Assembly: GCF_028368995.1 (NCBI RefSeq)
Contig: NZ_JAQNDL010000004.1
Coordinates: forward strand, 384,001-448,000
DNA from: Nannocystis bainbridge
GTDB lineage: Bacteria; Myxococcota_A; Polyangia; Nannocystales; Nannocystaceae
DNA: 64,000 bases
Reading direction: 5' to 3'
Below the pieces are notes generated by a model, which saw only the letters and a program-made list of their open reading frames with translations, was not told where the DNA came from and made no database searches. Below, in pieces: positions 28,773-38,207 of this stretch (the first letter of the stretch is position 1; each line of letters starts with the position of its first letter). Made by a program: the position numbers and the translations under genes.

Positions 28773-29780
28773 TCACAGCAGGCCGTAGCGGACCAGGTGG
28801 TCGGGGGAGCGCTGCCACAGGTGGCCGACCACGGCGGTGGCGGCCTCGTCGAAGCGCTCGGCGCCGGCGCGCAGGCGGCGGTACACCGGGGAGGCGTCCC
28901 GGACGTCGTAGGCGAGGAGGTCGAGGGCGCGGCGGGTGTCGGGCTCGGCGAGGGCGGCGAGGAAGGCGTCGTAGGCGGTGACGAGGCCGGCGCACAGGGG
29001 GAGGCCGTCCAGCGGGCGCAGGGCGTCGGCGATCCGCAGCAGCGGCGGGCGGGGCAGCTGCTCGGCGAGCCAGCCGTCGCGGGCCTCGTCGGGCAGCAGC
29101 GCGGCGCGGCAGAACACGGCGAGGTTGGCGAGGTGCCACAGCTTGCGCGAGTGACGGAGCTTGAAGTAGCGGATGGCCCAGTGCTTGCCGGCGTTCTCGA
29201 CCTTGAACCGGTAGTCGACGCAGATCGTGCGGTAGTAGCGGTGGAGGTCGTTGCTCAGCGAGGTGAGGTAGCGGCCGCGGGTGATGGCGCCGGCCGTGTA
29301 GGCGCCGAACACCTGCTCGACGATGGCGGCGGCGTCGCCGGCGTTGGCCAGCCAGGCGCCCTCGGTCAGCAGGAGGGCGCGGTAGGTCAGGTGATCGTTG
29401 CTGTCGTCGCGGCCGCCGATGTCGCCGAGCAGGTCGTCGAGGACGACGGCGCTGTGGAAGGTCTTGTCGGGGACGTCGAGGCCGCGGGCGCGCAGGGCGG
29501 CGGCCAGGGCCTCGCGCGCGCCGTCGGCGTCGACGGGGGCGATGGCGCCGCGGCGGTAGACGACGGCCAGGTCGAGGTCGCTGAGGGCGCTCGACTCGTG
29601 GCGGCCGAGCGAGCCGAGCGCGAAGGCGGCGCAGCCTGGCGGGACGGCGCCGACGAGGGCGCGTCGCAGCTCGGCCAGGCGGGCGTGCGAGCCGGCGGCG
29701 GCGGCGAGCACGTGGGACGCGTCGGCTGCGGTCAACCCGAGCTCGGCGAGCAGCGGCGCGTAGTCGACCGGTCCGCGCAT
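28773..29780 (-). CDS. Pol-beta-superfamily nucleotidyltransferase with helical C-terminal domain
   Basis: LGSLGRHESSALSDLDLAVV = GS..DxD motif; C-terminal NDLHRYYRTICVDY..WAIRYFKLRHSRKL. Confidence 0.8.
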   Translation of the reverse strand: MRGPVDYAPLLAELGLTAADASHVLAAAAGSHARLAELRRALVGAVPPGCAAFALGSLGRHESSALSDLDLAVVYRRGAIAPVDADGAREALAAALRARGLDVPDKTFHSAVVLDDLLGDIGGRDDSNDHLTYRALLLTEGAWLANAGDAAAIVEQVFGAYTAGAITRGRYLTSLSNDLHRYYRTICVDYRFKVENAGKHWAIRYFKLRHSRKLWHLANLAVFCRAALLPDEARDGWLAEQLPRPPLLRIADALRPLDGLPLCAGLVTAYDAFLAALAEPDTRRALDLLAYDVRDASPVYRRLRAGAERFDEAATAVVGHLWQRSPDHLVRYGLL

Positions 29781-29781
29781 G

Positions 29782-30879
29782 TCAGATCTCCGGGCCCTCG
29801 GCGCCGGGTATGACTGTCCATCGGGACATGTCCTCATGGACATGGTCGTCGAGCGTGATCGGCAGGGTCAGCTGGGCCGCGGCGTGGCGCGGGCTGACGA
29901 ACGCGAGCTGACGGCTGTGACGGTAGCGGCGCGACCACTGCGGGCGAGCGAGGCCGTGCGGACCGGGGGCGACGGTGGCGTCGACGAAGTAGCGCTTGTG
30001 CACGCGCGGGACCACGTCGTCGCCGCCGGGCGGGGGCACGCGGGTGCTCTGGAAGCGGTCGTCTTGCCCTTCGGACAGGCCGCTGCGGCGCGCGTGAGTC
30101 TCGACCAGGCCGCGCAGGGCGGCGTCGTCGAACTCGGCGAAGCGGGCGAAGATCCGGTGGTCGAACGCGTCGGCGACCGCGCGCGACAGCTCGGCCTCGC
30201 ACACGATGTTGGAGGGCAGGTTGATGACCTCGCTGTAGATCCGGTCCTTGAGGTTCCAGAAGCGGTCGATGACGGGGAGCGCGTCGGGGTCGATGAGCAG
30301 CTCGCGGCCGCGGCGGACGAACACGGCCCGCGGCAGGCGCACGCCGGCGCGGCCGAAGGTGCGGGCGGTGCGGACGATGCCGTCGAGGGTGTCGAGGTTG
30401 ATCGGGGCGAGCAGCAGGGCCGAGAGGTCGAGCGCGAGGCCGTCGCCGCGGCCGCCGATGATGGCCCACACGCGCTCGGGGTCGAGGTCGACGCTCTGCA
30501 GCACGGGGCGCAGCGAGAGGGCCTCCGGGATCGCGCCGTTGCCGAGGACGATCCACTCGCTGACGCCGTGGTGGGCGACGCCGAGGGCCCGCTCGAAGCC
30601 CGGCTCGGCCGCGTGCGACAGCGGGAAGTGGCCGATGTCGTGCAGCAGGCAGGCGGCGACGAAGTGGCGCAGATCGGCCTCGGCGAGGCCCAGCGCGGCG
30701 CCGAAGCGGTGACCGAGGGTGGCGACGCCGAGCGAGTGGTCGAGGCGGGTCGCGGGGTCGTGGCTGCGCGGGTGCCAGTCGAGGGTGCCGAGGAAGCTGA
30801 CCCGACCGAGGCGCTGCACCCACGACGAGTCGAGCAGCGGAGCGCCGAGCAGACGGACGAGGGCCGGGGGGGGAGGCAC
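29782..30879 (-). CDS. HD-domain phosphohydrolase (SAMHD1/dNTPase-like family)
   Basis: VQRLGRVSFLG, TRLDHSLGV, LLHDIGHFPLSH, NLDTLDGIVR; start estimated at GTG 30879. Confidence 0.85.
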   Translation of the reverse strand: MPPPPALVRLLGAPLLDSSWVQRLGRVSFLGTLDWHPRSHDPATRLDHSLGVATLGHRFGAALGLAEADLRHFVAACLLHDIGHFPLSHAAEPGFERALGVAHHGVSEWIVLGNGAIPEALSLRPVLQSVDLDPERVWAIIGGRGDGLALDLSALLLAPINLDTLDGIVRTARTFGRAGVRLPRAVFVRRGRELLIDPDALPVIDRFWNLKDRIYSEVINLPSNIVCEAELSRAVADAFDHRIFARFAEFDDAALRGLVETHARRSGLSEGQDDRFQSTRVPPPGGDDVVPRVHKRYFVDATVAPGPHGLARPQWSRRYRHSRQLAFVSPRHAAAQLTLPITLDDHVHEDMSRWTVIPGAEGPEI

Positions 30880-31050
30880 GGCCCTCGGACGCTGGCACAG
30901 GCCCGCGGTGCTGCCAAGGGGGGACGCCGCGGCGCTCGCCGCAGCGTCACGCAGACAGGCCGTGAGGTGCGGGTCGGATCGCCGCGTGTCGGCCTGCGTC
31001 GGGCCCGCTTGCAAACCGGCGCGCGCTCTGCGAAGCCATGCGGCGACGGC

Positions 31051-31554
31051 ATGACGAAGAAGTCCGCGAAGATCCGCTGTTGGCTGATGAAGAGCGAGCC
31101 GGACGTGTTCTCGATCGACGATCTGCAGCGGCTCGGCAAGACCGCCTGGGAGGGCGTGCGCAACTACACCGCCCGCAACTCGATGCGCGACGACATGAAG
31201 ATCGGCGACCTGGTGATCTTCTACCACTCGAGCGTCGAGCCCGCCGGCGCGGTCGGGCTCGCTCGCGTGTGCAGCGCGCCGTACCCCGATCCGACCCAGT
31301 TCGACGAGAAGAGCGAGTACCACGATCCCAAGGCGACCCGCGAGGCGCCGCGGTGGATCCTCGTCGACGTCGAGTTCGTCGAGAAGTGGCCGGCGATGGT
31401 GACGCTGCAGGCGCTCAAGGCCGACAAGAAGCTGAAGGACATGCTGGTGGTGCAGAAGGGTCAGCGGCTGAGCGTGCAGGCGGTCGAGCCGCGCCACTTC
31501 GTGCACGTGCTGCAGCTGGCCGGCAGCGCGCAGGGCGAGGCGGTGTCGGCGTGA
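31051..31554 (+). CDS. EVE domain protein
   Basis: WLMKSEPDVFSIDDL, WEGVRNYTARN, MKIGDLVIFYHS, YPDPTQFD, RLSVQ. Confidence 0.93.
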   Translation: MTKKSAKIRCWLMKSEPDVFSIDDLQRLGKTAWEGVRNYTARNSMRDDMKIGDLVIFYHSSVEPAGAVGLARVCSAPYPDPTQFDEKSEYHDPKATREAPRWILVDVEFVEKWPAMVTLQALKADKKLKDMLVVQKGQRLSVQAVEPRHFVHVLQLAGSAQGEAVSA

Positions 31555-32093
31555 GCGCGGCCCGCAACATCGAGCTCAAGGCCCGCTGCCCCGACCTGGC
31601 GGCGGCCCGCGCTGCCGCCGAGCGCCACGGGGCCCGCTTCGTCCGCGTCGAGCACCAGCGCGACACGTTCTTCCACGCCCGCACCGGTCGCCTCAAGCTG
31701 CGCGAACGGACATGGCGCGAGGGACAGGACGCAGAGGACAGGTCGGACGCGGAGCTGATCCCGTACGAGCGCTCGGACACCGGCGGGGCGCGGGAGAGCC
31801 GCTACCACGTGGTGCCGGTGATCGAGCCTGCCGCCCTGATCGCGGGGCTGGCGGCGGCGCTCGGGATCCGCGGGGCGGTGGTGAAGCGGCGCGAGCTGTG
31901 GATGTGGCACAACGTGCGGATCCACCTCGACGCGGTCGAGGGGCTGGGGGCGTTCGTCGAGTTCGAGGCGGTGATGCTGCCCGGCGAGACGGACGCCGAG
32001 GCTCACGCGCGGGTGACGGCGCTGCAGGCGGCGCTGGGGCTGGCGGACGCCGACGTGGTGCCAGTCGCGTACGCCGACCTGCTCGGGCTGTGA
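31551..32093 (+). CDS. CYTH-domain protein (class IV adenylate cyclase/CyaB-like)
   Basis: NIELKAR, QRDTFF, RLKLRE, VVKRRELW, RIHLDAVEGLGAFVEFE, AYADLL. Confidence 0.9.
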   Translation: MSAARNIELKARCPDLAAARAAAERHGARFVRVEHQRDTFFHARTGRLKLRERTWREGQDAEDRSDAELIPYERSDTGGARESRYHVVPVIEPAALIAGLAAALGIRGAVVKRRELWMWHNVRIHLDAVEGLGAFVEFEAVMLPGETDAEAHARVTALQAALGLADADVVPVAYADLLGL

Positions 32094-32104
32094 GCGGGAC
32101 GTAG

Positions 32105-32182
32105 GGACATGTCCGCGAGGGCATGTGCCTGCGGACATGTTTAATCAGACATGCCCGATCGGGCATGCCGGGAGGGACAGGT
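32105..32182. repeat. 14-bp phased palindrome array, convergent junction
   Basis: CATG 32108, 32122, 32136, 32150, 32164; CAGG 32178. Confidence 0.92.
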
Positions 32183-33268
32183 TCAGGCCGAGAGGGTCGC
32201 CGGGGGCCGGTCGGTGAGGATCGGCAGGGCGCGCGGGTGGGGGGCGGCCTCGCGGATGAGGGTGGCGAGCGCGTTGACCCATACCGGGTGGTCGTTGAGG
32301 CAGGGGACGAGGCGCAGGTCCTCGCCGCCGGCGGCCTTGAACGACTCGGCGGCGCGGATCCCGATCTCCTCGAGCGTCTCCAGGCAGTCGGCGACAAAGG
32401 CGGGGCAGAACACGGCCAGGCGGCGGACGCCGCGGCGAGCCAGCTCGACCAGCGCGACGTCGGTGAACGGCTGGATCCACGGGGTGCGGCCGAGGCGGGA
32501 CTGGAAGGCGATGCTGGTCGCTTCGCGGGCGAGGCCTAGGCGGTCGCGCAGGGCGCGGGCGGTGGCGACGCAGTGGGCGCGGTAGCAGTTGCGGTTGTTG
32601 AGACCGATGGTGTCGCAGCAGTCGGGGCGGGCCAGGCAGTGGGCGCCGCTGGGGTCGCTCTTCTTGACCTGGCGCTCGGGCAGGCCGTGGAAGCTGAACA
32701 TGACGTGGTCGGGGCGGAAGTCCTCGAGCACAGGCGCGCCGACGCGGGCGAGCGCGTCGATGAAGGCCGGGTGGTCGTAGAACGGCGGGACGATGGTGAG
32801 GAACGGGGTGTTCCACGGCTCGCCGGCGGCGCGGTAGAGGGCCTCGACGGTCGATCCGGTCGAGCTCGAGGCGTATTGCGGGTAGAGCGGGACGGCGACG
32901 ATCCGGTCGCAGCCGCGCGCCTTCAGGGCGTCGAGGCCGCGCTGCAGCGAGGGCTCGCCGTAGCGCATGGCGAGCTCGATCTCGAGGTCGGGCATGGCGA
33001 CGCGCAGGGCCTCGGTGAGCTGGCGCGAGTGGTGCAGCAGGGGCGAGCCGTCGGGGCCCCAGACGGTGCGGTAAGCGGCTGCGGAGCGCGCCGGACGGAA
33101 GGGGAGGATGACGAGGTTGAGCAGCAGCCAGCGGCCGACGGCGCCGATGTCGAGGACGCGCGGGTCGGACAGAAACTCGCGCAGGTAGCGGCGGACCTCG
33201 GGGGCGCGCGGGGCGGCGGGCGTGCCGAGGTTGATGAGGAGGACGCCGAGCTTCGGTTCGGGGCGCAT
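32183..33268 (-). CDS. hemH: Ferrochelatase with Cys-rich insert (probable [2Fe-2S] type)
   Basis: GVLLINLGTP, YLREFLSDPRV, AMRYGEP, PLYPQY, FSFHGLP, FQSRLG, FVADCLETLEEI; CLARPDCC...NCYRAHC. Confidence 0.95.
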   Translation of the reverse strand: MRPEPKLGVLLINLGTPAAPRAPEVRRYLREFLSDPRVLDIGAVGRWLLLNLVILPFRPARSAAAYRTVWGPDGSPLLHHSRQLTEALRVAMPDLEIELAMRYGEPSLQRGLDALKARGCDRIVAVPLYPQYASSSTGSTVEALYRAAGEPWNTPFLTIVPPFYDHPAFIDALARVGAPVLEDFRPDHVMFSFHGLPERQVKKSDPSGAHCLARPDCCDTIGLNNRNCYRAHCVATARALRDRLGLAREATSIAFQSRLGRTPWIQPFTDVALVELARRGVRRLAVFCPAFVADCLETLEEIGIRAAESFKAAGGEDLRLVPCLNDHPVWVNALATLIREAAPHPRALPILTDRPPATLSA

Positions 33269-33335
33269 GCGCGGGCGCATCGTGGCGCGGTTCGCCAGGC
33301 GCCGCAACTGCGCGGCGGCTTGACGCGGGCCAGGG

Positions 33336-34121
33336 GTGCGCGCGACGTTTGCAGCGGTGACGGAGCGGCAGAGCCTGGCGCCAGGTGAGGTCCACGTGTG
33401 GCTGTGCGCGGCCGAGACGCAGGTCGACGCCGACTGGTTGGCGGCGGCGCGCGGGCTGCTGAACCCGGAGGAGCAGGCCCGCCAGGATCGCTTCGTGTTC
33501 GAGCGCAACCGCCGGCAGTTCGCGGTCGCGCGGGTGCTGGTGCGCCAGATCCTCGCCGGCTACACGGGGATCGCGGCAGCCGAGCTGCGCTTCGTCGCCA
33601 ACGAGTACGGCAGGCCGGCGCTGGCCCTGGCCGGCGCGCTCGAGTTCAACCTGTCGCACACCGACGGGCTGGCGGCGCTGGCGGTGACCCGCGTCGGCGA
33701 GATCGGGGTCGACGTCGAGGACGCCGAGCGACGCGCGCGGCCGGAGGAGGTGGCCGACCACTTCTTCGCGCCGAGCGAGGTGGCGGGGCTGATGGCGCTG
33801 GAGACCGAGCAGCGGCGGGCCCGGTTCTTCGACCTGTGGACGCTGAAGGAGGCGTACATCAAGGCGCGCGGGATGGGCCTGGCGATCCCGCTGGACGCGT
33901 TCGCGTACGACCTGTCGCGCGGGCGCGCGGCGATCGATCTGGCGATCGACGCGTCGCTCGGCGATCCGCGCGCGGGCTGGGAGTTCTTCCTGGAGGACCC
34001 GACGCCGCGCCACCGCCTGGCGCTGGCGGCCCGCTTGCCCGCGAGGGAACCCGCGCGGATAACGTATCGGTGGGTCGGTCCGGCCGGGCACGGGCGGCTC
34101 GGCCTGCGAGATGGTCCTTGA
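33336..34121 (+). CDS. Sfp-type 4'-phosphopantetheinyl transferase
   Basis: YGRP, FNLSHT, IGVDVE, FFDLWTLKEAYIKARGMGL; exact start uncertain. Confidence 0.92.
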   Translation: MRATFAAVTERQSLAPGEVHVWLCAAETQVDADWLAAARGLLNPEEQARQDRFVFERNRRQFAVARVLVRQILAGYTGIAAAELRFVANEYGRPALALAGALEFNLSHTDGLAALAVTRVGEIGVDVEDAERRARPEEVADHFFAPSEVAGLMALETEQRRARFFDLWTLKEAYIKARGMGLAIPLDAFAYDLSRGRAAIDLAIDASLGDPRAGWEFFLEDPTPRHRLALAARLPAREPARITYRWVGPAGHGRLGLRDGP

Positions 34122-34170
34122 GACATGTTTTTATGGACATGTCCGAACGGACCTGTTCTTCACGACCTGT
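34110..34170. repeat. 14-bp phased palindrome array, convergent junction
   Basis: GATG 34110; CATG 34124, 34138; CCTG 34152, 34166. Confidence 0.85.
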
Positions 34171-34212
34171 GATGCCGCGGCGCGACGGGATTCACTCGAA
34201 CGTGCGCGGCCC

Positions 34213-34250
34213 GAAAGCGAAACGACCGCCCCGGGGCTCCGGAGCGGTCG
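34213..34250 (-). terminator. Probable intrinsic terminator of trpS
   Basis: Stem CGACCGC/GCGGTCG plus CCGG/CCGG (34223-34250), followed on the minus strand by TTTCGCTTTC. Confidence 0.6.
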
Positions 34251-34272
34251 CTGGGCGGCCTGGCGGCGGGGC

Positions 34273-35352
34273 TCAGCCCTTCTGGCTGTAGAAGGGCTTC
34301 TTGCGCTCCTCGGCGCGCGACTGGGTGGCGTGCACGAGGCCTGACCACAGGTTCTCGAGGCCCATGGCGTCGCGGACCTTGCCGAGGGTCTCGTAGGCGA
34401 CCTTGCGGGCGGTGATGGTGCCGTCGACGATGATCTCTTCAGTGCGGTGCTTGTCGGCCGCGAACTCGGACCGGCGCTCGCGGATCGGGACCAGGGTCTT
34501 CTCGAGCGCCTCGATGACGCGGTCCTGGACGGCGGCGAAGCCGATGGCGCCGCGGTCGTACTCGGCGCGGAGGTTGGCCAGCTCCTCGGCGTCGCGCAGG
34601 AAGGCCTCGGCGAACAGGAACAGCGGGGCGTCGGTCGACTCGCCGGGGGCCGGGCCGGGCAGGGTGCGGATCTTGCGAGCGACCTCCTCGGGGCTGTCCT
34701 TGAGCCAGATCGCGTTGCCGGCCGACTTCGACATCTTGCGCTCGGCACCGCCGGCGACGGTGTTGACGCCCGGCAGCGACGGGGTCGCCGAGATGGTGGC
34801 CTGCGGGACCGCAAACACGCGGCCGTAGGCGTCGTTGAAGTGCTGGGCGATGTCGCGGGCGAGGGTGACGTGGGTCTCGTTGTCGGCGCCGACCGGCACG
34901 AGCTCGGCGTTGGCCATGAGAATGTCGGCGGCCTGGAGCACCGGGTAGCCGAGCAGGCCGAGCGGCACGTCAGCGTCCTTGAGGCCGGCGTTGACGGCCA
35001 TGTCCTGGATCGACTGCATGCCCGACAGCCGCGCCACCGGGGTGAGCATCTGCAGCAGGATGGCGATGTCGTAGACCGCCGGTACGCCCGACTGGAGGTA
35101 GATCGTCGAGCGGCCGGGGTCGACGCCCACGCTGAGCATGTCGAGCACCACGTCGCGCACGTGGTTCGGCAGGCGGGCAATCTCGTCGCGCCGCGAGCGG
35201 GTCGTGAGCGAGTGCAGGTCGGCGACGATGATGAAGCACTCGTGGCTGTCCTGCAGTTTGACCCGGCTCTGCAGGGTGCCGACGAGGTGACCGAGGTGAA
35301 GCGGCCCCGTGGGGCGATCACCAGTGAGCAGTCGCGGTTTGCGAGCTTCCAT
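34273..35352 (-). CDS. trpS: Tryptophan--tRNA ligase
   Basis: LTGDRPTGPLHLGH (HIGH), YPVLQAADIL, VPVGADN, KMSKS. Confidence 0.93.
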   Translation of the reverse strand: MEARKPRLLTGDRPTGPLHLGHLVGTLQSRVKLQDSHECFIIVADLHSLTTRSRRDEIARLPNHVRDVVLDMLSVGVDPGRSTIYLQSGVPAVYDIAILLQMLTPVARLSGMQSIQDMAVNAGLKDADVPLGLLGYPVLQAADILMANAELVPVGADNETHVTLARDIAQHFNDAYGRVFAVPQATISATPSLPGVNTVAGGAERKMSKSAGNAIWLKDSPEEVARKIRTLPGPAPGESTDAPLFLFAEAFLRDAEELANLRAEYDRGAIGFAAVQDRVIEALEKTLVPIRERRSEFAADKHRTEEIIVDGTITARKVAYETLGKVRDAMGLENLWSGLVHATQSRAEERKKPFYSQKG

Positions 35353-35419
35353 CGAGTTCAAGGGTCAAGGCCGGCTCTCCCTGTGTCAAGCCAACGGGTT
35401 CGCGCATCGCGGAACGACA

Positions 35420-35445
35420 CACAGCTGTCTCATGGGACAGCTGTG
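35420..35445. promoter_or_regulatory. Inverted repeat upstream of trpS
   Basis: CACAGCTGTC-TCATGG-GACAGCTGTG; its core is a TGTCT-CATG-GGACA 14-mer. Confidence 0.5.
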
Positions 35446-35557
35446 CGTGGACCTGCGACTCGGGCTTGCAAAGAGGGGGTGACCAAATGCGAAGCGCCGC
35501 GACCGAAGGCGGTCACGGCGCATCCGCGCTCCGCGGATCTGGCGGCTGCGAACCAGA

Positions 35558-35941
35558 TCAGCGCAACGCTTCACGCAGGCGCGGCTTGATGTCCGGGAGC
35601 ACCACGCTGACGAGGATGCCGAGCTGCGCCTTGCTGCAGTCGACGGCCATACCCCAGCGATACTTGTCGGTGAGGTCGACCACCACGATCATGACGATGC
35701 CCTCGTCGCCGAGGCGGAGCATGGTCTCGTTCAGATAGTCGGGGACGGGCAGACCCGACTTCTTGATCGTCTCCATGATGCGCTCACAAAGGATGTTGAA
35801 GAGCGCGCACGCCTTGGGGCTGCTGCGAACGCCGGCGACCGACATGCCGGACGTTTTGCTGAAGACGTCGGAGGCGGCCAGGCCACCCATCAGACCGTCT
35901 TCCACCTCAGCGAGCAGTTGGTTTACGACTTTGAGATTCAT
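35558..35941 (-). CDS. Roadblock/LC7-like small protein
   Basis: 127 aa alpha/beta pattern; GMSVAG, C-terminal AQLGILV; GGA RBS. Confidence 0.55.
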   Translation of the reverse strand: MNLKVVNQLLAEVEDGLMGGLAASDVFSKTSGMSVAGVRSSPKACALFNILCERIMETIKKSGLPVPDYLNETMLRLGDEGIVMIVVVDLTDKYRWGMAVDCSKAQLGILVSVVLPDIKPRLREALR

Positions 35942-36091
35942 TTCGAGTTCCTTCGTGATCCGTGCAGTCGGTGCCAGGTCATGGTAGCCGTGGCGCGGGG
36001 CGACAATCTATCACTTTTTGCACGATCCGGACAGCCGTCCAAACGGCCCGAGCGGCGCGCCGCACGTGGCCGCAAGGCCCGTTCGGCGCGG

Positions 36092-36559
36092 TCAGAAGCT
36101 CAGCCCGCGGATCGGCGGCGGCGCGTCCTGCTGCGTCTCCTTGAGGTAGTGCTTCGCAGCCCTCCGCAGCAGCGCCTTGAGATCCTCGGTGTCCCAGGGC
36201 TTCGTGACGTACTGCCACATCAAACCCTCGTTGAGGCCGCGAATTACCACGTTGATGTCGGAGTAGCCGGTGATCAGGATGCGCACCGGCGTCGGGTTGA
36301 TCTCCTTGAGCTTGCCGAACAGCTCGACACCCGTCATCTCCGGCATGCGCTGGTCGCTGAGAACCAGCTGAATGTCGCTGGCCCGGAAGATCTGCAGCGC
36401 CTCGGTGCCCGAGTTGGCGGTGTAGACCTTGAACATGTCGCGGAAGCTCTCCTCCAGCGTGTTGAGGATGCCCCGCTCGTCGTCGACGATGAGCAGCGAG
36501 AGGACCTGCTTGTCCTCTTGGCCGATCGTGCCGGTCTTCTGGAATTCCTTCCAACTCAT
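36092..36559 (-). CDS. Single-domain response regulator (receiver)
   Basis: LLIVDDE, LVLSDQRMPEMTGVE, ILITGY, YVTKPW. Confidence 0.92.
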   Translation of the reverse strand: MSWKEFQKTGTIGQEDKQVLSLLIVDDERGILNTLEESFRDMFKVYTANSGTEALQIFRASDIQLVLSDQRMPEMTGVELFGKLKEINPTPVRILITGYSDINVVIRGLNEGLMWQYVTKPWDTEDLKALLRRAAKHYLKETQQDAPPPIRGLSF

Positions 36560-36791
36560 GCAATACCTCGCTTCTCGCTGGGCAACCGGTCGTAGCGCGG
36601 GGAACCCTCGACGCGAGAGAGAGTCTGCTCCGTTCGCGCATGGTGGCAGGGGCGCATCCGGTTCGCAAGGGCCCCTTGGAGCCGCTCGCAGGAGCGCTGG
36701 TGGAGCGAGCCAGGGCCGGGGAGGCCGTGGCGCCCGGAGGACCTCGAAAGCGACCCGTGAGGCCTGCTAGGGCCTTTTCGCGCGTGAGTGG

Positions 36792-38207
36792 TCACAGTAA
36801 ATCTCCTGTACCACCGTCCGCTCCGCGCACGTAGCGGAAAGTGGACGCAAAGTGGCGAATTCCGGGGGCTTCGACCTCGAAGCGAAGGCCGTGGCGCATG
36901 CGCTGGCCCTTCTCTTCGAACACGGTGCGCACCACGTCGGCGACGTACTCGAGGTGCTCCATGGTGTAGACGCGGCGCGGGATGGTGATCCGGCACAGGT
37001 CGAGGTTGGGGCGGATGTTCTCGCCGGTGTCAGGATCGCGGCCGATGAGGACGCTGCCGACCTCGACCGCGCGCACTCCGCCCTCTTTGTAGAGCTCGAC
37101 GCAGAGCAGCTGGCCGGGGAACTCGTCCTCGGGCACGTTGCCGAAGAAGCGCCGCGCGTCGATGAACACCGCGTGACCGCCGAGCGGCTCGACCAGCGGC
37201 ACGCCAGCGGCGCTGAGCAGCTCGCCGAAGCGCTTGACCTGACCGATGCGGTAGGTGAGGTACGGCTCCTCGGTGACCTCGCGCAGGCCCTGCGCCAACG
37301 CCTCCATGTCGGCGCCCGACATGCCGCCGTAGGTGTAGAAGCCCTCGAACAGGATCGTCGGCGCCTTGAGGCGCTCGTACAGCAGGTCGTCGCGCACGGC
37401 GATGAACCCGCCCATCGGCACGAGCGCGTCCTTCTTCGCGCTCATGATCGCCGCGTCGGTGTAGCTGCACATCTCGGCGACGATCTCCGGGATCGTCTTG
37501 GTCGCGTAGCCGGGCTCGCGGTGCTTGATGAACCACGCGTTCTCGGCGAAGCGCGCGGCGTCGAGGATGACGAGGAGGCCGTACTGGTCGGCGATCCGCC
37601 GCACCTCGCGGATGTTCTCCATCGACACCGGCTGACCGCCGCCCGAGTTGCAGGTGACCGTCATCAGGATGTACGCGACGTGGCGCGGGCCGTACTCGCG
37701 GATGACGCTCTCGAGCTTGGCCAGGTCGACGTCGCCCTTGAACGGGTGGTAGCCCGTCGAGCTGCGGCCGGCGTCGATCGTGCAGTCGATCGCGCGGCCG
37801 CCGGCGAATTCGATGTGCGCCTTGGTCGTGTCGAAGTGCGAGTTGCCGGGCACGATCATGTGCTTTTTGATCAGCACGAAGTCGAGCACGCGCTCGGCGG
37901 CGCGACCCTGGTGGGTCGGGATGGTGTAGCGGTACCCCATCGTCTCGCGGATCTGCCGCTCCATCTCGAAGAAGGAGCGTGAACCGGCGTAGGCCTCGTC
38001 GCCGATCATCATGCGGCCCATCTGGGCCGCCGAGAGGGCTCCGGTGCCGGAGTCGGTCACGAGGTCGATGTACACGTCGTGCGATGCGAGGCGGAACAAG
38101 TTGTTGCCGCACGCCTCGATCCGCCGGACCCGCTCCTCATAAGGGAGCAGCGCGATCGGCTCGACGACCTTCGCCTTGTACGGGATGATCTGTCTGGCTC
38201 TGCTCAT
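36792..38207 (-). CDS. tnaA: Tryptophanase (beta-eliminating lyase)
   Basis: IDLVTDSGT, GDEAYAGSRSF, THQGRAAE, MSAKKD (PLP Lys), IPRRVYT. HFDTT, EVGS and RHF match tryptophanase rather than tyrosine phenol-lyase (FTTT, ERG, RFF). Confidence 0.88.
   Translation of the reverse strand: MSRARQIIPYKAKVVEPIALLPYEERVRRIEACGNNLFRLASHDVYIDLVTDSGTGALSAAQMGRMMIGDEAYAGSRSFFEMERQIRETMGYRYTIPTHQGRAAERVLDFVLIKKHMIVPGNSHFDTTKAHIEFAGGRAIDCTIDAGRSSTGYHPFKGDVDLAKLESVIREYGPRHVAYILMTVTCNSGGGQPVSMENIREVRRIADQYGLLVILDAARFAENAWFIKHREPGYATKTIPEIVAEMCSYTDAAIMSAKKDALVPMGGFIAVRDDLLYERLKAPTILFEGFYTYGGMSGADMEALAQGLREVTEEPYLTYRIGQVKRFGELLSAAGVPLVEPLGGHAVFIDARRFFGNVPEDEFPGQLLCVELYKEGGVRAVEVGSVLIGRDPDTGENIRPNLDLCRITIPRRVYTMEHLEYVADVVRTVFEEKGQRMRHGLRFEVEAPGIRHFASTFRYVRGADGGTGDLL

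Noticed and set aside
35960-35978. TGGCAC...TGCA sigma54-like element upstream of the roadblock gene
   Set aside because: GG-to-GC spacing is 8 nt rather than the required 10.
36792-38207. Tyrosine phenol-lyase assignment
   Set aside because: Specificity positions (FDTT, EVG, RHF) match tryptophanase, not TPL.
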